IMG/VR virus record: IMGVR_UViG_3300012001_000012
From: an uncultured virus (IMG/VR IMGVR_UViG_3300012001_000012)
Taxonomy: Duplodnaviria > Heunggongvirae > Uroviricota > Caudoviricetes
DNA: 64,000 bases
Strand: one strand, 5' to 3'
The notes beneath the pieces were generated by a model that worked only from the letters and a program-made list of their open reading frames with translations, did no database searches and was not told where the DNA came from. Below, piece after piece: positions 50,454 through 61,270 of this stretch (within the stretch, counting starts at the first letter, position 1; each line of letters opens with the position of its first letter). The position numbers and the translations under genes were made by a program.

Positions 50454-52715
50454 TTATGTGGTGGGTGGCGTCCATACGACCTTTTGGCGCTCCACAGCAA
50501 AGTCTCCGCCGTACCGTTCGGCCTTCACCATCCAACCAAAGCGCACCCCGGCAGCGCCGGTAACCGTAAACGCACCATTGGTAACGTCGGTCCAGTCGAC
50601 GGTGGCGCCGCGTCCGATGACGAGAACCTGCCGGTTGCCCGGCTTGGCGAGTGCCTCGAAATACTCCGGCAGGGTGATGACCGCGGACCCGGCGGCGTCC
50701 AGGGTGCCCCCGCCCCAGTACTCGATACCGGAGACCGGGGACTCCGTTGCGCCGTGCAGCAGCTCCCACCCGGGTTTGGTGGGGTGGTCCATGATGAAGT
50801 TCTTGGTCCCCGAAACGTTCAGCCCGCCGTAGATGGTGGTTCCGGTGGAGGAGCTGATCGTCGCCGCCCCGCTGGCCTCAACCTGCATCACCGTGCCAGA
50901 AGACTGCATGTACGATGCCGTACTGGACATCTGAACCACCCCGGTGCCGCCCTGCAGCTTCAGCGTATCCAGGTCCGAGAACGCGGTGACCGCCTGCAGG
51001 TTCGCGCCCGAACCGTTGGTGGCGCCCAGGTACCAGCCGACCCCGCCGTTGCCCAGGGTCAGCATCGAGTAGTAGTCCCCGCTGGTCCCGCCGTTCCGCG
51101 CCGAGACGGCCATCAGCGTCCCGGCCGCCCACCCGTCCTGCCCGGAGGCGCCCAGGACCTGTGGCTGCCAGTAGGAGGTGGCGTTGACCGAGAGCCGCAG
51201 ACCCGGCCGGCCACGCCCGGCATTATCGGTGACCGCGGCATTGACCGTCCCGAACCCGCTGGCAACGGTGCCGGTAAAGGTCGCCGAGGTGGGGTTCGCA
51301 TCAATAACCAGCTGGGCGGAGGCGTTGTAGATTTTCAGCCCGTCCGCCGAAAGCTTCACCCCGGTGTTGGCATAGGCCGAGGACTCGTACATCCCGCCGG
51401 TGAACGTGCCGCCCTGGATCGAGAGGTTCCCGGTGGCGGTGTCGAAGGACAGGGTCTGGACCCCGCCGGCGCTCCAGGCGTGCAGCCCGTCCGTGGTGAG
51501 CTTAACGCCCTTGAGGTCCTCGACGTTGGTCTGGAAGACCCCGCCGGTGTCGGTGGTGAAGGTTCCGCCGACAAAGGCCTTGCCCTCGAACATGTCCGAG
51601 CGGACCAGGACCGCGTCTGCGACCCCGAACCAGGCCGTGTCGGCCCAGATCTCGTTGGCCTCCAGCATCCCGGCCTTGACGTGCAGGAACTGCGCCAGCG
51701 CCGCGGTCATGTCCTCGGTGACCATCAGGTGTCGGGTGAGGATGGTGTCCGAGAGGATCGAGACCCCTGCGTCGATGTTCACCAGCTTCGTGGTGGCCGC
51801 GTCGATGGTGGAGAGGATGATGTCGGTGTCCACCAGGGGGGTCGTGTACCCGACCCCCTCCGCACTCCAGGGCCCCAGGTTCCCGGACTCGTCCACCCCG
51901 CGCAGCCGGAAGAACTGCGGGGTGTAGTAGCCGGTGTTGGCCACGACCTTGAACCCGCCGCCCCGGCCGAACCGGGCGATCTCGGTGGTCGGGGAGGAGG
52001 CGGTGCCGTGGGCGAGGATGGCGTACTTGAAGTCCGCCGGCATCGCTCCGGTCACGGCCTGCCCGTCCCAGGTCGCCGTGATGGTCCCGCGCGAGACGGT
52101 GATGACCGGGGCGGTGGGCTGCGGCGGCGGAGTGGCGTCCGCGTTCATGTCCACCGTGAGGTCGATGGAGAACTCCCCGGGGATGGTGGTGCCGGCGCCG
52201 ATCGCGCGGGTCCGGAACGCCCACCGGGTGCCGGGGGTGAAGTCATCGGTGCGGAACGCGGAGACCGCGGAGGTGTCCACCAGCGCCCAGTCCTTGACGG
52301 CGGCAGCCTCCAGCGCCTTGTTCGCGGGGGTGGCGGCCAGTCCGGGCAGCGTCAGCCCGGGCACGGCGAGCCCTGCCACGGCGCCGGTGGAGATATCGAG
52401 CGCGGTCAGGGAGACGTCTTTGCCCCACAGCTCGTAGGAGGCGATGGTGATATCGGTGCCGTCGGTGGCCTTGGTGACGTCCGGGAAGTCCAGGATGAAC
52501 CGCACGCGCTGGCGGCCGGTGGTGTCGGTGTAGAACCCGGTCTGGGTGACCAGTTCGATCGGGGCGGCCGGGTGCCGGGCATCCGCGGCGGCGATGTCAT
52601 TCTGGACCCCCTCGACGGTGGAGGCGACCAGGCCGGGCATTCCGCGCAGCGTGACCTGGTTGCGCTCAATCAGGCGCATCCAGGAGGCGAAGTCACGCGG
52701 GCTGGTGATGGTCAT
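50454..52715 (-). CDS. Minor tail protein (FN3-like domains, fibre region)
   Basis: DATPPPQPTAP..TATWDG..VDESGN; C-terminal KNFIMDHP..LPEYF. Confidence 0.8.
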   Translation of the reverse strand: MTITSPRDFASWMRLIERNQVTLRGMPGLVASTVEGVQNDIAAADARHPAAPIELVTQTGFYTDTTGRQRVRFILDFPDVTKATDGTDITIASYELWGKDVSLTALDISTGAVAGLAVPGLTLPGLAATPANKALEAAAVKDWALVDTSAVSAFRTDDFTPGTRWAFRTRAIGAGTTIPGEFSIDLTVDMNADATPPPQPTAPVITVSRGTITATWDGQAVTGAMPADFKYAILAHGTASSPTTEIARFGRGGGFKVVANTGYYTPQFFRLRGVDESGNLGPWSAEGVGYTTPLVDTDIILSTIDAATTKLVNIDAGVSILSDTILTRHLMVTEDMTAALAQFLHVKAGMLEANEIWADTAWFGVADAVLVRSDMFEGKAFVGGTFTTDTGGVFQTNVEDLKGVKLTTDGLHAWSAGGVQTLSFDTATGNLSIQGGTFTGGMYESSAYANTGVKLSADGLKIYNASAQLVIDANPTSATFTGTVASGFGTVNAAVTDNAGRGRPGLRLSVNATSYWQPQVLGASGQDGWAAGTLMAVSARNGGTSGDYYSMLTLGNGGVGWYLGATNGSGANLQAVTAFSDLDTLKLQGGTGVVQMSSTASYMQSSGTVMQVEASGAATISSSTGTTIYGGLNVSGTKNFIMDHPTKPGWELLHGATESPVSGIEYWGGGTLDAAGSAVITLPEYFEALAKPGNRQVLVIGRGATVDWTDVTNGAFTVTGAAGVRFGWMVKAERYGGDFAVERQKVVWTPPTT

Positions 52716-53545
52716 TAGGGCTGGGCGCCGTCGTCGTAGATCCGGTAGGTAGTGGGTCCGCCGGTGCGGTTGCCCTGGACCGTCAGGGTGGTGCCGGCGC
52801 CGTCGATGGAGGCGAGGAACTTGATCTGCGTGGTGGTGTCCACGGCGGGGTCATAGTAGGCGGTCACGAGGGCCGGGGCGGAGATGACCGCCAGCCGGGA
52901 CTGGGCATTGCGCACCCCCAGCACCGTCAGGCCGGTGGTAAGCGCCGCAGCGTCGGCGGTGGAGGCGCTGGCGACCGTGAAGGCTGCCGCCGTGTCGGTG
53001 GAGGCGGACAGCCAGTCGGTATCCCACACGATGCGGTACTTCCGGCCTGCCTTGAAGGTGAAGCTGGCGATGTTGTAAACGACAGTAAGGGCACTGAAGT
53101 TTCCGGTATTGGTGGCTACCGAGAATGAGTAGACGCAACCCTTGGCGAGCAGGGCGTCCGCGGCGGCCTGCAGCACGGAGACCGGCTTGGCTGTGTCGGC
53201 GGTGTTGTCCACACTGCCCAGCCCGGCGGCGGTTTTGTCCAGGGTCTGCCAGGTCTTGTCTCCGCGCCAGTACTGGGCGGTGGTGCCGGCGGTGATGGCG
53301 TCCTCCTTGGAGGTCTCCACGGTCTTGACAGCGTAGGCGCTGGACCCGGTGATCGGGGCGAAGGTGGTGGGGTCCGCGGCGTCGGTGGTGATCAGGTCGT
53401 TGATCCGGGCGGCGGCGTCCTGCCCGAAGACTTCATAGCGGAGCAGGTCGGCGGCGCCGATGATGCGCACATCCGCCGGGATGTTGGACGGGTCGGTGGT
53501 ATCCACCCACCCCAGGAACGGGCTGAAGCTGATCGGAGTGGTCAT
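52715..53545 (-). CDS. Minor tail protein
   Basis: GTTAQYWRGDKTWQ and GLGSVDNTAD..KPVS fibre motifs. Confidence 0.7.
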   Translation of the reverse strand: MTTPISFSPFLGWVDTTDPSNIPADVRIIGAADLLRYEVFGQDAAARINDLITTDAADPTTFAPITGSSAYAVKTVETSKEDAITAGTTAQYWRGDKTWQTLDKTAAGLGSVDNTADTAKPVSVLQAAADALLAKGCVYSFSVATNTGNFSALTVVYNIASFTFKAGRKYRIVWDTDWLSASTDTAAAFTVASASTADAAALTTGLTVLGVRNAQSRLAVISAPALVTAYYDPAVDTTTQIKFLASIDGAGTTLTVQGNRTGGPTTYRIYDDGAQP

Positions 53546-54669
53546 TAGATGATTACCTGATCTACGAAGGTGACGTCGGTGTAGGCGGGGGACAGGACCA
53601 CTTTGATTTCCTCGCCCTTGGCGGCTGTCTCCTCAACGGTCATACTATCCAGCTTTTGCATCTGGGATACGGCACGACCCGGCAGTGTGGCGGACAAGGG
53701 AATCCATACGCCCGGTACGAGGTCGGCCATCGTCAGCACCCCGTCAGGATTCAGGCGCGTGTTATCCGGTACGCGCACTACCAGGGGCGGCTTGGATGAC
53801 TGGCTATAGGCGCGCTCCGCCTGTGAGGTCATCTCCGCCACAGTCGGCGGAATGTTGTTGACGACGACCGCATTCTCGTCGTATGCGAGGTGGATCACCT
53901 CCCACTCCCCGTAGTACGGGTCCGTAGCGCCGGCCTCGCCGAAGTTGCCTTTCCCGTCGGTCATGATGACGTTGGTGGCCAGGTCTGCGCCGTACTGGGT
54001 GATCACCGGGTCCCCGATGAAGTCATCCGCGGTGACCATGGGTGTCTGGCCGATCCGCGAATGCACGTCGAAGAACAGGATCGCCCGGCCGATCACCGTG
54101 TAGTCCAGCCCGCCGCGGGCCGCTAGCGAGTCGATGTGCTCAAAGACGGTGAACTGCATCGGGTAGGTGTGCGAGGCGGTCCGGGCGTCGGCGCCGGTGG
54201 CCGGGTCCGCGTAGATGTACTGGACGTAGGGCAGCACGTTGATCGGCGGGTCCAGCGCCTCCTTCCGCGCCAGCTCCGCGGTCATGATCCGCTTGACCCG
54301 GTCAATGACCAGGGATGAGTTGGGGGCGCGGTTGTCGTATTCGGCCCGCATCGCGGTGCGCATCGGGTAGTACATCACGTCACGGGCCTCGATCTCCACG
54401 TCGGTCCCGTAGTAGGTGATCTTGGAGATGGGGCCTTCCCAGACCCGTTCGGAGCCGCGGAAGATCACCAGCTCCACCCGGTTGGTCTCAGCCAGCCCCA
54501 GCGCCTGCTGGCACGCGAGCCCGGGGGAGCCGACGTAGGCGGTGGCCAGGGAGGGGTCGTCCCGGACCCGGCCCCACTTGACCCGCTCGAGCTGGTCCAG
54601 CGCCGCCAGCAGGCGCTGCCCGCCCCGGTCATACAGAAATGCGGTATGCAGTTCACAACTGAGTGCCAT
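53545..54669 (-). CDS. Minor tail protein (hub/baseplate-like)
   Basis: Second gene after tape measure; RVWEGPI motif. Confidence 0.75.
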   Translation of the reverse strand: MALSCELHTAFLYDRGGQRLLAALDQLERVKWGRVRDDPSLATAYVGSPGLACQQALGLAETNRVELVIFRGSERVWEGPISKITYYGTDVEIEARDVMYYPMRTAMRAEYDNRAPNSSLVIDRVKRIMTAELARKEALDPPINVLPYVQYIYADPATGADARTASHTYPMQFTVFEHIDSLAARGGLDYTVIGRAILFFDVHSRIGQTPMVTADDFIGDPVITQYGADLATNVIMTDGKGNFGEAGATDPYYGEWEVIHLAYDENAVVVNNIPPTVAEMTSQAERAYSQSSKPPLVVRVPDNTRLNPDGVLTMADLVPGVWIPLSATLPGRAVSQMQKLDSMTVEETAAKGEEIKVVLSPAYTDVTFVDQVII

Positions 54670-55874
54670 TAGAGCCGCACCGCCGTATCCAGCAGCACCA
54701 CAACACCGGACTGGCCCGGCATCAGGTCAGCGGTGAGGGTGTAATCGAGCTGGCAGCCCAGGGACGCCCACAGGAACGGCCGCCCGCCGGAGCCGAACAG
54801 CAGGTGCCCCGCCGGCACCACGCGGCCGGTGGAGAGCAGCAGGGACGCCTCCCGGGTCCGCGCGTCCAGGGTCAGGGTGGACCCGGCCGGCAGGTAGGAG
54901 ACGATCACTTCCGCATCGAAGGCGCAGGAGACGGCCCCGGTCCGGTAGAAACGCAGCCGCAGGTACTGGACAGCGGCGACCGTGGAGACCGAAAGCACCG
55001 GGGTGACCCGGCCCCAGCGCTCCGAATGCGAAGCCGGGATTGCCAGGGTCTCCCGGCGCCAGGAGGTGATGGCCAGGATGTTCGGCGGCAGCACCACCGG
55101 GGCCCGCGGCGGCCGGGAGATCCCGGTGTAGTAGGGGTCATCAACGAAGTCGTCGTAGGTGCTGATCCCGGCGGCGCAGTTCTCCCCGGTCGGGTCCTGG
55201 AAGTTCACGGCGGTGTCCATGTTCAGGGACCCGATGGTGGCCAGGGAGGTGAAGGCCCACGGGATCCCGGCAGTGAGGGTGAACTCGACCTGCCACACCG
55301 CCCCGGCTTTGGAGTTGTACTTCCGGGTCACCAGCGGGCCCTCGGTGACCTCGGCCCGGTGGAAGGTCCGGGCCAGGTCGAAGGCGGCGACCTGGTCCGC
55401 GGGCAGCGCCGAGAACATCTGCACGTCCCGGCCCGCGCAGCCGGGGTCCGCGTCCGAGCAGCCGTTATGGCCCAGGACGTCCCGGAGCCAGGCGAGCCCC
55501 TCCTCCATGGCTTCCTCGTCGGCGGCGAACGCGGTGGTGACGAACCGGATCTCTTTGGAGTTGTACCGGGGACTGGTCAGGACCGCCCCGTTCCCGGTCA
55601 GCTGCGTGACCTGGAGCTTGCGGGTGGAGTCCTCCGCCCCCTGGACCTTGCCCGGGTACAGCCCGTAGAACCGCGCAGCGGCCGCCCGCCGGCCCGTATA
55701 CCAGGGTGCCGTGTCCCCGTCCGGGGTGGTGTAGGCGCTCTGGCCCAGCGCGTCCGGCAGCGCGTCCGCGGTGCACAGCACATCAACTCCCGGCATCAGC
55801 GCCGCAATATACACCGCAGCGCGGGCGCCGTTGATGATCTCGATTCCGTCGATGCTCAAAAATCCCTCGTACAA
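54669..55874 (-). CDS. Minor tail protein (distal-tail-like)
   Basis: First gene after tape measure; EIIN..R..APWY motif. Confidence 0.75.
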   Translation of the reverse strand: MYEGFLSIDGIEIINGARAAVYIAALMPGVDVLCTADALPDALGQSAYTTPDGDTAPWYTGRRAAAARFYGLYPGKVQGAEDSTRKLQVTQLTGNGAVLTSPRYNSKEIRFVTTAFAADEEAMEEGLAWLRDVLGHNGCSDADPGCAGRDVQMFSALPADQVAAFDLARTFHRAEVTEGPLVTRKYNSKAGAVWQVEFTLTAGIPWAFTSLATIGSLNMDTAVNFQDPTGENCAAGISTYDDFVDDPYYTGISRPPRAPVVLPPNILAITSWRRETLAIPASHSERWGRVTPVLSVSTVAAVQYLRLRFYRTGAVSCAFDAEVIVSYLPAGSTLTLDARTREASLLLSTGRVVPAGHLLFGSGGRPFLWASLGCQLDYTLTADLMPGQSGVVVLLDTAVRL

Positions 55875-55883
55875 CCGGTCCCC

Positions 55884-58800
55884 CTAGAAGGTGCTGATGG
55901 TGCTGGCGAGCCCGTCGAGGACCTTGGCGGCCACGAGTGCGGGATCCTTGGTGGGCGTGGTGACCGGGATAGCCCCGGCCGCCACCGTAATGTAGGTGGC
56001 CTTCGCCGGCGCCGCAGCAGCCGCAGCAGCAGCGGTCCCGAACCCGGAGGCCCCGACCGCGACCGAGGTATCAGCGGGCAGCAGCGCTCCGAAGGCGTCG
56101 ATGACGGCGGACTTATTGTCCTTGAGCCCGGCCGCGAGCCCCAGCGCCGCCTCCGTCCCGGCGATGTACATCTGGGACTTGGCGAAGTAGCCCGTGACGG
56201 TGTCTACCGCGGAGGTCGCCAGCGCGGCGGCAGCGGCCATGACAATGCCCCGGGAGGCGTCGGTGCCGTTGGCCATGCCGAGCCCGGTATCCAGGCCGAT
56301 CCGGTGGAAGACCATGGAGGGGGAGTGCGAGTCCAGCGCCGCCTTCGCGGCATCGACGGCGGACTGCGCCAGGGATGATGCGGCGTTCGTGACCCACGAC
56401 CAGCCGTCGCTGATGCCCTTCTGGAGTCCGGAGGCGATGTCGTTGCCGACACCCTTCATCCTGGACCAGATATCCCCGATGGCATTGATGATGTTCTGTG
56501 GCAGGTCACGGAAGAACTGCAGGACCTGGTCAATCCCGCCGGAGACCCCAGACTTGATGCCTTCCCAGGCCTGGGAAACCTTGGACCCGACCGAATCCCA
56601 GAAGGAGTTCCAGTTCGCACCGACCTGGCCGATGAAACCACCGATGCTGCCCTGGATCTCGCCGACCTTCGCGGCGATCCAGCCGGTGACGAAGTTCCAG
56701 GTAAGGGTGACCTTCGTGCCGATCCCGTCCCAGAAGCTGGTCCAGTTGGTCCTGACGCCGGTAATGAAGCCGTCAATGTTGGCCTTGATCTCTGCGGCCT
56801 TGGTCTGGACCCACAGCACGGCAAAGTTCCAGGTCTCGGAGATCTTGGCCCCGACACCATCCCAGAACGTGTCCCAGTTCAGCTTCACCTGCGCGGCCCA
56901 GGTGTCGATGCCGGTCTTGATTTCCCCGGCCTTGGTCTGGATCCAGAGCAGGGCGCTGTTCCAGGTTTCGGAGACCTTGGTGCCGAGCCCGTCCCAGAAG
57001 CCATCCCAGCCGGTTGTGATTGTCTCGCCCCAGGATGCCAGCTTCTCCCCGACGGAGGCCCAGAACTCGTCCCACTTTTTCCCGACGGCAGCCTTGAACC
57101 GGTCCATGAAGGACATGTCATCCATGTTCCAGGCGGTCTCGATCTTGGACCCGATGGAGGAACCCTTACCGCCGGCGCCGCCGGAAATACTTCCGCCACC
57201 CTTGGGTACGGTGTCCATGTTCAGGAGGCCGGACATCCACTCCTGGAAGCTCTTCTTGACGCCCTTCCACCAGTCATCAATGGACTTCATCGCGCTGTCC
57301 CAGCCGTCCCGGATGGGCTTGAAGAGGATGTCATCGAACCACTTGTTGACGGAGGCGTTCATCTTGTCGATGTTCCCGCCCTGCGCGTCCAGGAGGTCGG
57401 AGATCCCGGAGCGGGCACCCTCGAGCCACTTGCCAACCGAGTCGTCCCACTTCTTCGCACCCGCGTCGTTGAATCCCAGCTTGGACCAGACCTCCGCCCA
57501 GAACACCTCGGGAGCGACGCCCCAGAAAAGATCCGAGATGATCTTGCCCCAGCTGGTGGTGTTGCCCCTGCCGGACATGTTGTCCGCCACCGACTGGCGC
57601 TGCGCCTCGAGGTCGGACTGGACCTTCGCCGGCTCGAACGCCTTGAAGATGGACAGCTCGGTGATCGGCAGTTCGCCCTTGAGGACCTTCACGGCGTCGG
57701 CCATGTTCGACAGGGCCGTGCCCAGGTTGGTCACGGTAGTGACCAGGGTGGGGGAGAGTAGGTCAACGACCTTGCCGAGGGGGCCCAGGAGCTCCCCGCA
57801 GAGCCTGATCAGGTTCGGCAGAACCGAGTCGAAGAGCGTGAAGAAGACCGGGGCGAGGTCCCTGATGACCTTGTCCGCGAACGGGCCGAACTGCTTGACG
57901 AAGTCATCGAAGGCCGGCAGGAGTTTGTCCCGGACCGCGCCGATCAGCGGGATGACAAAGACGTCGCTCAGCGTCGCCACCACCGGGGTGAGGGTATTGA
58001 TGATGTTCAGCGCCGAGTTCTTCAGAGGATCGACCAGGGTCTGGAGCTTCAGGGACATCCGGTCGAAGATCGGGGTGATGTTCACGACCAGGGATGAGCC
58101 GATCTCCGCGACGTTGACCAGGACCTCGGAGAGCAGGTTCATCGCATTGGCCAGGGAGAAGGTGAAGGGCGCGACGGCCGGGGCAAGCTTACCGACGGCG
58201 GTGACCATGGCGCCGGTGAAGTTCAGCATCGAGAGGTGGATCGCCGGGTCCTGGAGGACCTTTCCGACATAGCCGATGAGGGTGGCGGCCGCGGTGCCGA
58301 CGTCCGAGAGAGAGGCCTTGATGAACGGGGTGATGGAAGCGACCGCCGGACCCAGGTCGCGGATGGACGTTCCGACTTTGGAGACCACGTCGGCCATCCC
58401 GGCGAAGACCTCGGTGAGGGATTTCTGGAACCCGGGGGACTGCATGATTGCTGCCGCACCCTGGAGCCGGTCCGCGAAGACCGCCAGCCCGCCGGAGCCG
58501 GCGGCACGGGCGGCGTCGTCGATGGCGTTGAAGATCCCCAGGGTGCCGTCGATGGCCCGGCCCATGTCCTTGAAGCCCTGGATTCCGGCGTCGATCCACT
58601 TGGTGAGGTTGCCGTTGGCCGCGGATTTGGAGATGAAGTCATCGAACTTGACGGACATCGTGTTGAAGCCTGTGGCGAACCGGTCGAAGTAGGCGGTGCC
58701 GGTCCTGCCCAGGACGATCCAGGCGTCCACCAGCGCCGTAACCCCGGCGTGGGATTTGTCCATCGCATCGTTCATCCGCTTGAACATCAGGGTGATGTCA

Positions 58801-60116
58801 TTGGTGCGGGCGGATGTGGTGACGGCATCCAGCACGGTGCCGAACAGCCGACCCATGGCCGCGGCGGTGTCATTCATGCCCTGGCGCAGGGCCGGCAGGG
58901 TCTGGTTCTGGAACCGGTCCATCGCCGGGTCCAGGCCGATGTTGATCTGTTTGGCCAGGTCTTCCCTGAAGGCCTGGATCTGGTTCTTGTACTGCTTCAT
59001 CACGCCCTGCAGGGCGCCCAGGCCGATGAAGGCCATGATGCCCAACCCGGTGGCGAATGCCGGCAGCAGCAACCCGACCTGGCCGATGGAATCCCCGAGG
59101 TCCTTGACGATAGTGACGATCCCGGCGAACGAGTCCCCGATGGCGGAGGCCTTGATGGAGAGCTGGGCGGTGGTGCGGGCCGCAGCCACGGAGATGCCGT
59201 CGAGGTTGTGGATGAAGTTCAGGCCCTCCTCAATCAGGTCGCCGTAGATGTTCATGCCGATGAACCCGCCCAGGTGTTCCTGCAGCCCCTTGGAGGCCGC
59301 CAGGACAGCACCGAGCGTCCCGCTCAGGTTGCCCAGGCCTTTCTGCAGGAAGCTCGACTCGCCCAGCGCCACGCCCATGGACCGGCCCAGGGACCCGGAC
59401 AGGGACAGCGCCAGGTCCTCGGAGCCCTTGTTGGCCTTGGCGAAGGCGGTGTTGATGCGCAGGAACTCATCGTCGGTGATCCGGCCGAGCCTGTTCATCT
59501 CCAGGGTCGAGTCCGTGATGGACTGGCGCAGCCGATCCATGTCCTCGTTGCCCTTGGTGATCTTGGACCAATCCCCGGAGGCCATCGCGTCGGAGAGTTT
59601 CCGGAATTGGGTCTCCAGTGCCGCGACCCTGGAGGCGGCAAGCATTCCGTCCAGGGACTTGTTGTAGCGGTCCTGGGCATCCTTGGCGTCCCTGATCGCC
59701 TGCAGCCGGTCGTCCTCCGCCTTCTTCTCCTCCCCCATCAGCCCCAGGGTGGAGGACAGCGCGTGATTGAACTCCTCCTGCTGGTCGTTGGTGAGCTTGC
59801 CCTGTTTGGCCATATCATCGGTGAAGGCGCGGATCTTGCGCTCGGCATCGTCGAGGTTCCCGGCCGGGTCGAAGGTCCCCACCAGGCGGTCCCAGTCCAG
59901 CGCCTTGTCCGAATACATGGCGTCGACGATCTTGCCCCATCGGTCGTTGACGTCCTCGGTGATGCGCTTGTCCCAGGCTTCGGAGAACTTGTCCGCGTTG
60001 GCCATCGCCGCCTGCTCGGCCGCGTAGCTGCCGGCCCTGTCCAGGTCCTTGCGGAAGTCCGAGAGATCCCCATGGACGCTGATAAATGCGTCACCTACTT
60101 CTCTCCCTAAGCCCAT
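55884..60116 (-). CDS. Tape measure protein
   Basis: 1410 aa, Ala/Gly-rich helical, Trp-periodic repeats, SHSPSMVF near the C-terminus. Confidence 0.95.
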   Translation of the reverse strand: MGLGREVGDAFISVHGDLSDFRKDLDRAGSYAAEQAAMANADKFSEAWDKRITEDVNDRWGKIVDAMYSDKALDWDRLVGTFDPAGNLDDAERKIRAFTDDMAKQGKLTNDQQEEFNHALSSTLGLMGEEKKAEDDRLQAIRDAKDAQDRYNKSLDGMLAASRVAALETQFRKLSDAMASGDWSKITKGNEDMDRLRQSITDSTLEMNRLGRITDDEFLRINTAFAKANKGSEDLALSLSGSLGRSMGVALGESSFLQKGLGNLSGTLGAVLAASKGLQEHLGGFIGMNIYGDLIEEGLNFIHNLDGISVAAARTTAQLSIKASAIGDSFAGIVTIVKDLGDSIGQVGLLLPAFATGLGIMAFIGLGALQGVMKQYKNQIQAFREDLAKQINIGLDPAMDRFQNQTLPALRQGMNDTAAAMGRLFGTVLDAVTTSARTNDITLMFKRMNDAMDKSHAGVTALVDAWIVLGRTGTAYFDRFATGFNTMSVKFDDFISKSAANGNLTKWIDAGIQGFKDMGRAIDGTLGIFNAIDDAARAAGSGGLAVFADRLQGAAAIMQSPGFQKSLTEVFAGMADVVSKVGTSIRDLGPAVASITPFIKASLSDVGTAAATLIGYVGKVLQDPAIHLSMLNFTGAMVTAVGKLAPAVAPFTFSLANAMNLLSEVLVNVAEIGSSLVVNITPIFDRMSLKLQTLVDPLKNSALNIINTLTPVVATLSDVFVIPLIGAVRDKLLPAFDDFVKQFGPFADKVIRDLAPVFFTLFDSVLPNLIRLCGELLGPLGKVVDLLSPTLVTTVTNLGTALSNMADAVKVLKGELPITELSIFKAFEPAKVQSDLEAQRQSVADNMSGRGNTTSWGKIISDLFWGVAPEVFWAEVWSKLGFNDAGAKKWDDSVGKWLEGARSGISDLLDAQGGNIDKMNASVNKWFDDILFKPIRDGWDSAMKSIDDWWKGVKKSFQEWMSGLLNMDTVPKGGGSISGGAGGKGSSIGSKIETAWNMDDMSFMDRFKAAVGKKWDEFWASVGEKLASWGETITTGWDGFWDGLGTKVSETWNSALLWIQTKAGEIKTGIDTWAAQVKLNWDTFWDGVGAKISETWNFAVLWVQTKAAEIKANIDGFITGVRTNWTSFWDGIGTKVTLTWNFVTGWIAAKVGEIQGSIGGFIGQVGANWNSFWDSVGSKVSQAWEGIKSGVSGGIDQVLQFFRDLPQNIINAIGDIWSRMKGVGNDIASGLQKGISDGWSWVTNAASSLAQSAVDAAKAALDSHSPSMVFHRIGLDTGLGMANGTDASRGIVMAAAAALATSAVDTVTGYFAKSQMYIAGTEAALGLAAGLKDNKSAVIDAFGALLPADTSVAVGASGFGTAAAAAAAAPAKATYITVAAGAIPVTTPTKDPALVAAKVLDGLASTISTF

Positions 60117-60134
60117 CCTGGGGATCTCTCTTTC

Positions 60135-60721
60135 TTAGTGGTTGATCTGGTCGAAGCTGTCGTCGAAGTCTGCGGCTGCATCTTCCGCCGTTTCCCCGGG
60201 GAGCGGGGCGGTCAGGCCGTTCTCCCACTCGGTCACCTTGTCTGAGGCGATGCGCTCGGCCGCCCAGACAAAGATGACGTTCAGGAGCGTGTAGAGCGGG
60301 AAGCGGAGGAGGTCGATGCCTTGCGCCTGGTAGTGACCGTCGAGGCGCTTCCAGTTGCCGATGGTGATCTGCGCGAGGCGGACGGCTTCGCGGAATCTTT
60401 TCCCGACCATTCCTCCATCAGGGCTTCCCAGACGTCGAAGAGTCCGCCTTCGGTGGAGAGTTCAAAGCCACTCCTACGGTCCATCATGAGGTCATGGAAG
60501 TACTGCTGCGTGTCCTTATCACCGAGTTCGATGAACAGCTGGATGAAACGCCCGGCGGATTCCTTGGACATGCCGCGTCCGCCCATGGCGAGCATCATCA
60601 GCTGCTGTCCGTTGGAGGGCTGGTAGAACGTAACATCCGTGCCCCAGTGCGGGAAGGTCGTTGCTTCACCGGTTTCGACGTCAGCGTCTTCGTTCTCTAC
60701 CGCTTTGATGAACTCTTTCAA
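60135..60721 (-). CDS. Tail assembly chaperone pair with -1 programmed frameshift (60281..60721, extension to 60135)
   Basis: G GGA AAA slippery heptamer at 60404-60398; the -1 frame continues RFREAVRL; directly before tape measure. Confidence 0.85.
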
Positions 60722-60784
60722 GGTCTATCTCCTATGCTTCTGTCTCCGGAGTGGCGGATACTGCCGCCGTAATTTAGAGTACCG

Positions 60785-61270
60785 TCACTTCAATCGTTGC
60801 TTGGCGAGGCTTGCCGCCAGTCCTTCGGTGAGGAACGGTTTGGCTCTCTGCCCGCGGACGGTGTCCCTGTACGTAACCGGCTTCTTTCCATCCCCCTTCT
60901 TCCATGCGGCCATTGCCTCCGCCCCGGCGCCCTTGAAGGCCGTGGAGGTCATCGCCGCCCGCCGGTCCCGCGGGATGAGCATGTGCGGGTGGGAGATGAC
61001 CTCCCCGGTGCCGTTATGGAACCAGACGCTGTGCCGGGCGGAAGACCCGGCCCGGGCCACACCCCGCAGCGGGCCCTCCAGCTTCGCCCGGTTCCAGAAC
61101 TGCCCGCGCAGCAGGCGCCCGGAACGGATATGGCCCTTGGTGCTGATGTAGGTGACGGCGTAGTCCCTGGTGTCCTTGGCTACGTCGTTGAGCAGCGCGT
61201 GGACCTCACCGCCTTCACGGATGAAGGACTGCACCGCCTCGTCGTGGATGTCCAGGAACGTCGCCATCAA
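60785..61270 (-). CDS. Neck/tail-completion protein (HK97 gp10-like)
   Basis: RSGRL..HNGT..GQRAKPFL motifs. Confidence 0.6.
   Translation of the reverse strand: MMATFLDIHDEAVQSFIREGGEVHALLNDVAKDTRDYAVTYISTKGHIRSGRLLRGQFWNRAKLEGPLRGVARAGSSARHSVWFHNGTGEVISHPHMLIPRDRRAAMTSTAFKGAGAEAMAAWKKGDGKKPVTYRDTVRGQRAKPFLTEGLAASLAKQRLK

Noticed and set aside
973..60110. Long plus-strand ORFs over virion genes (e.g. 973-2946, 6206-7768, 50484-52718, 56194-58272) and minus-strand ORFs over early genes
   Set aside because: Antisense shadows expected in high-GC coding DNA; no motifs or RBS.
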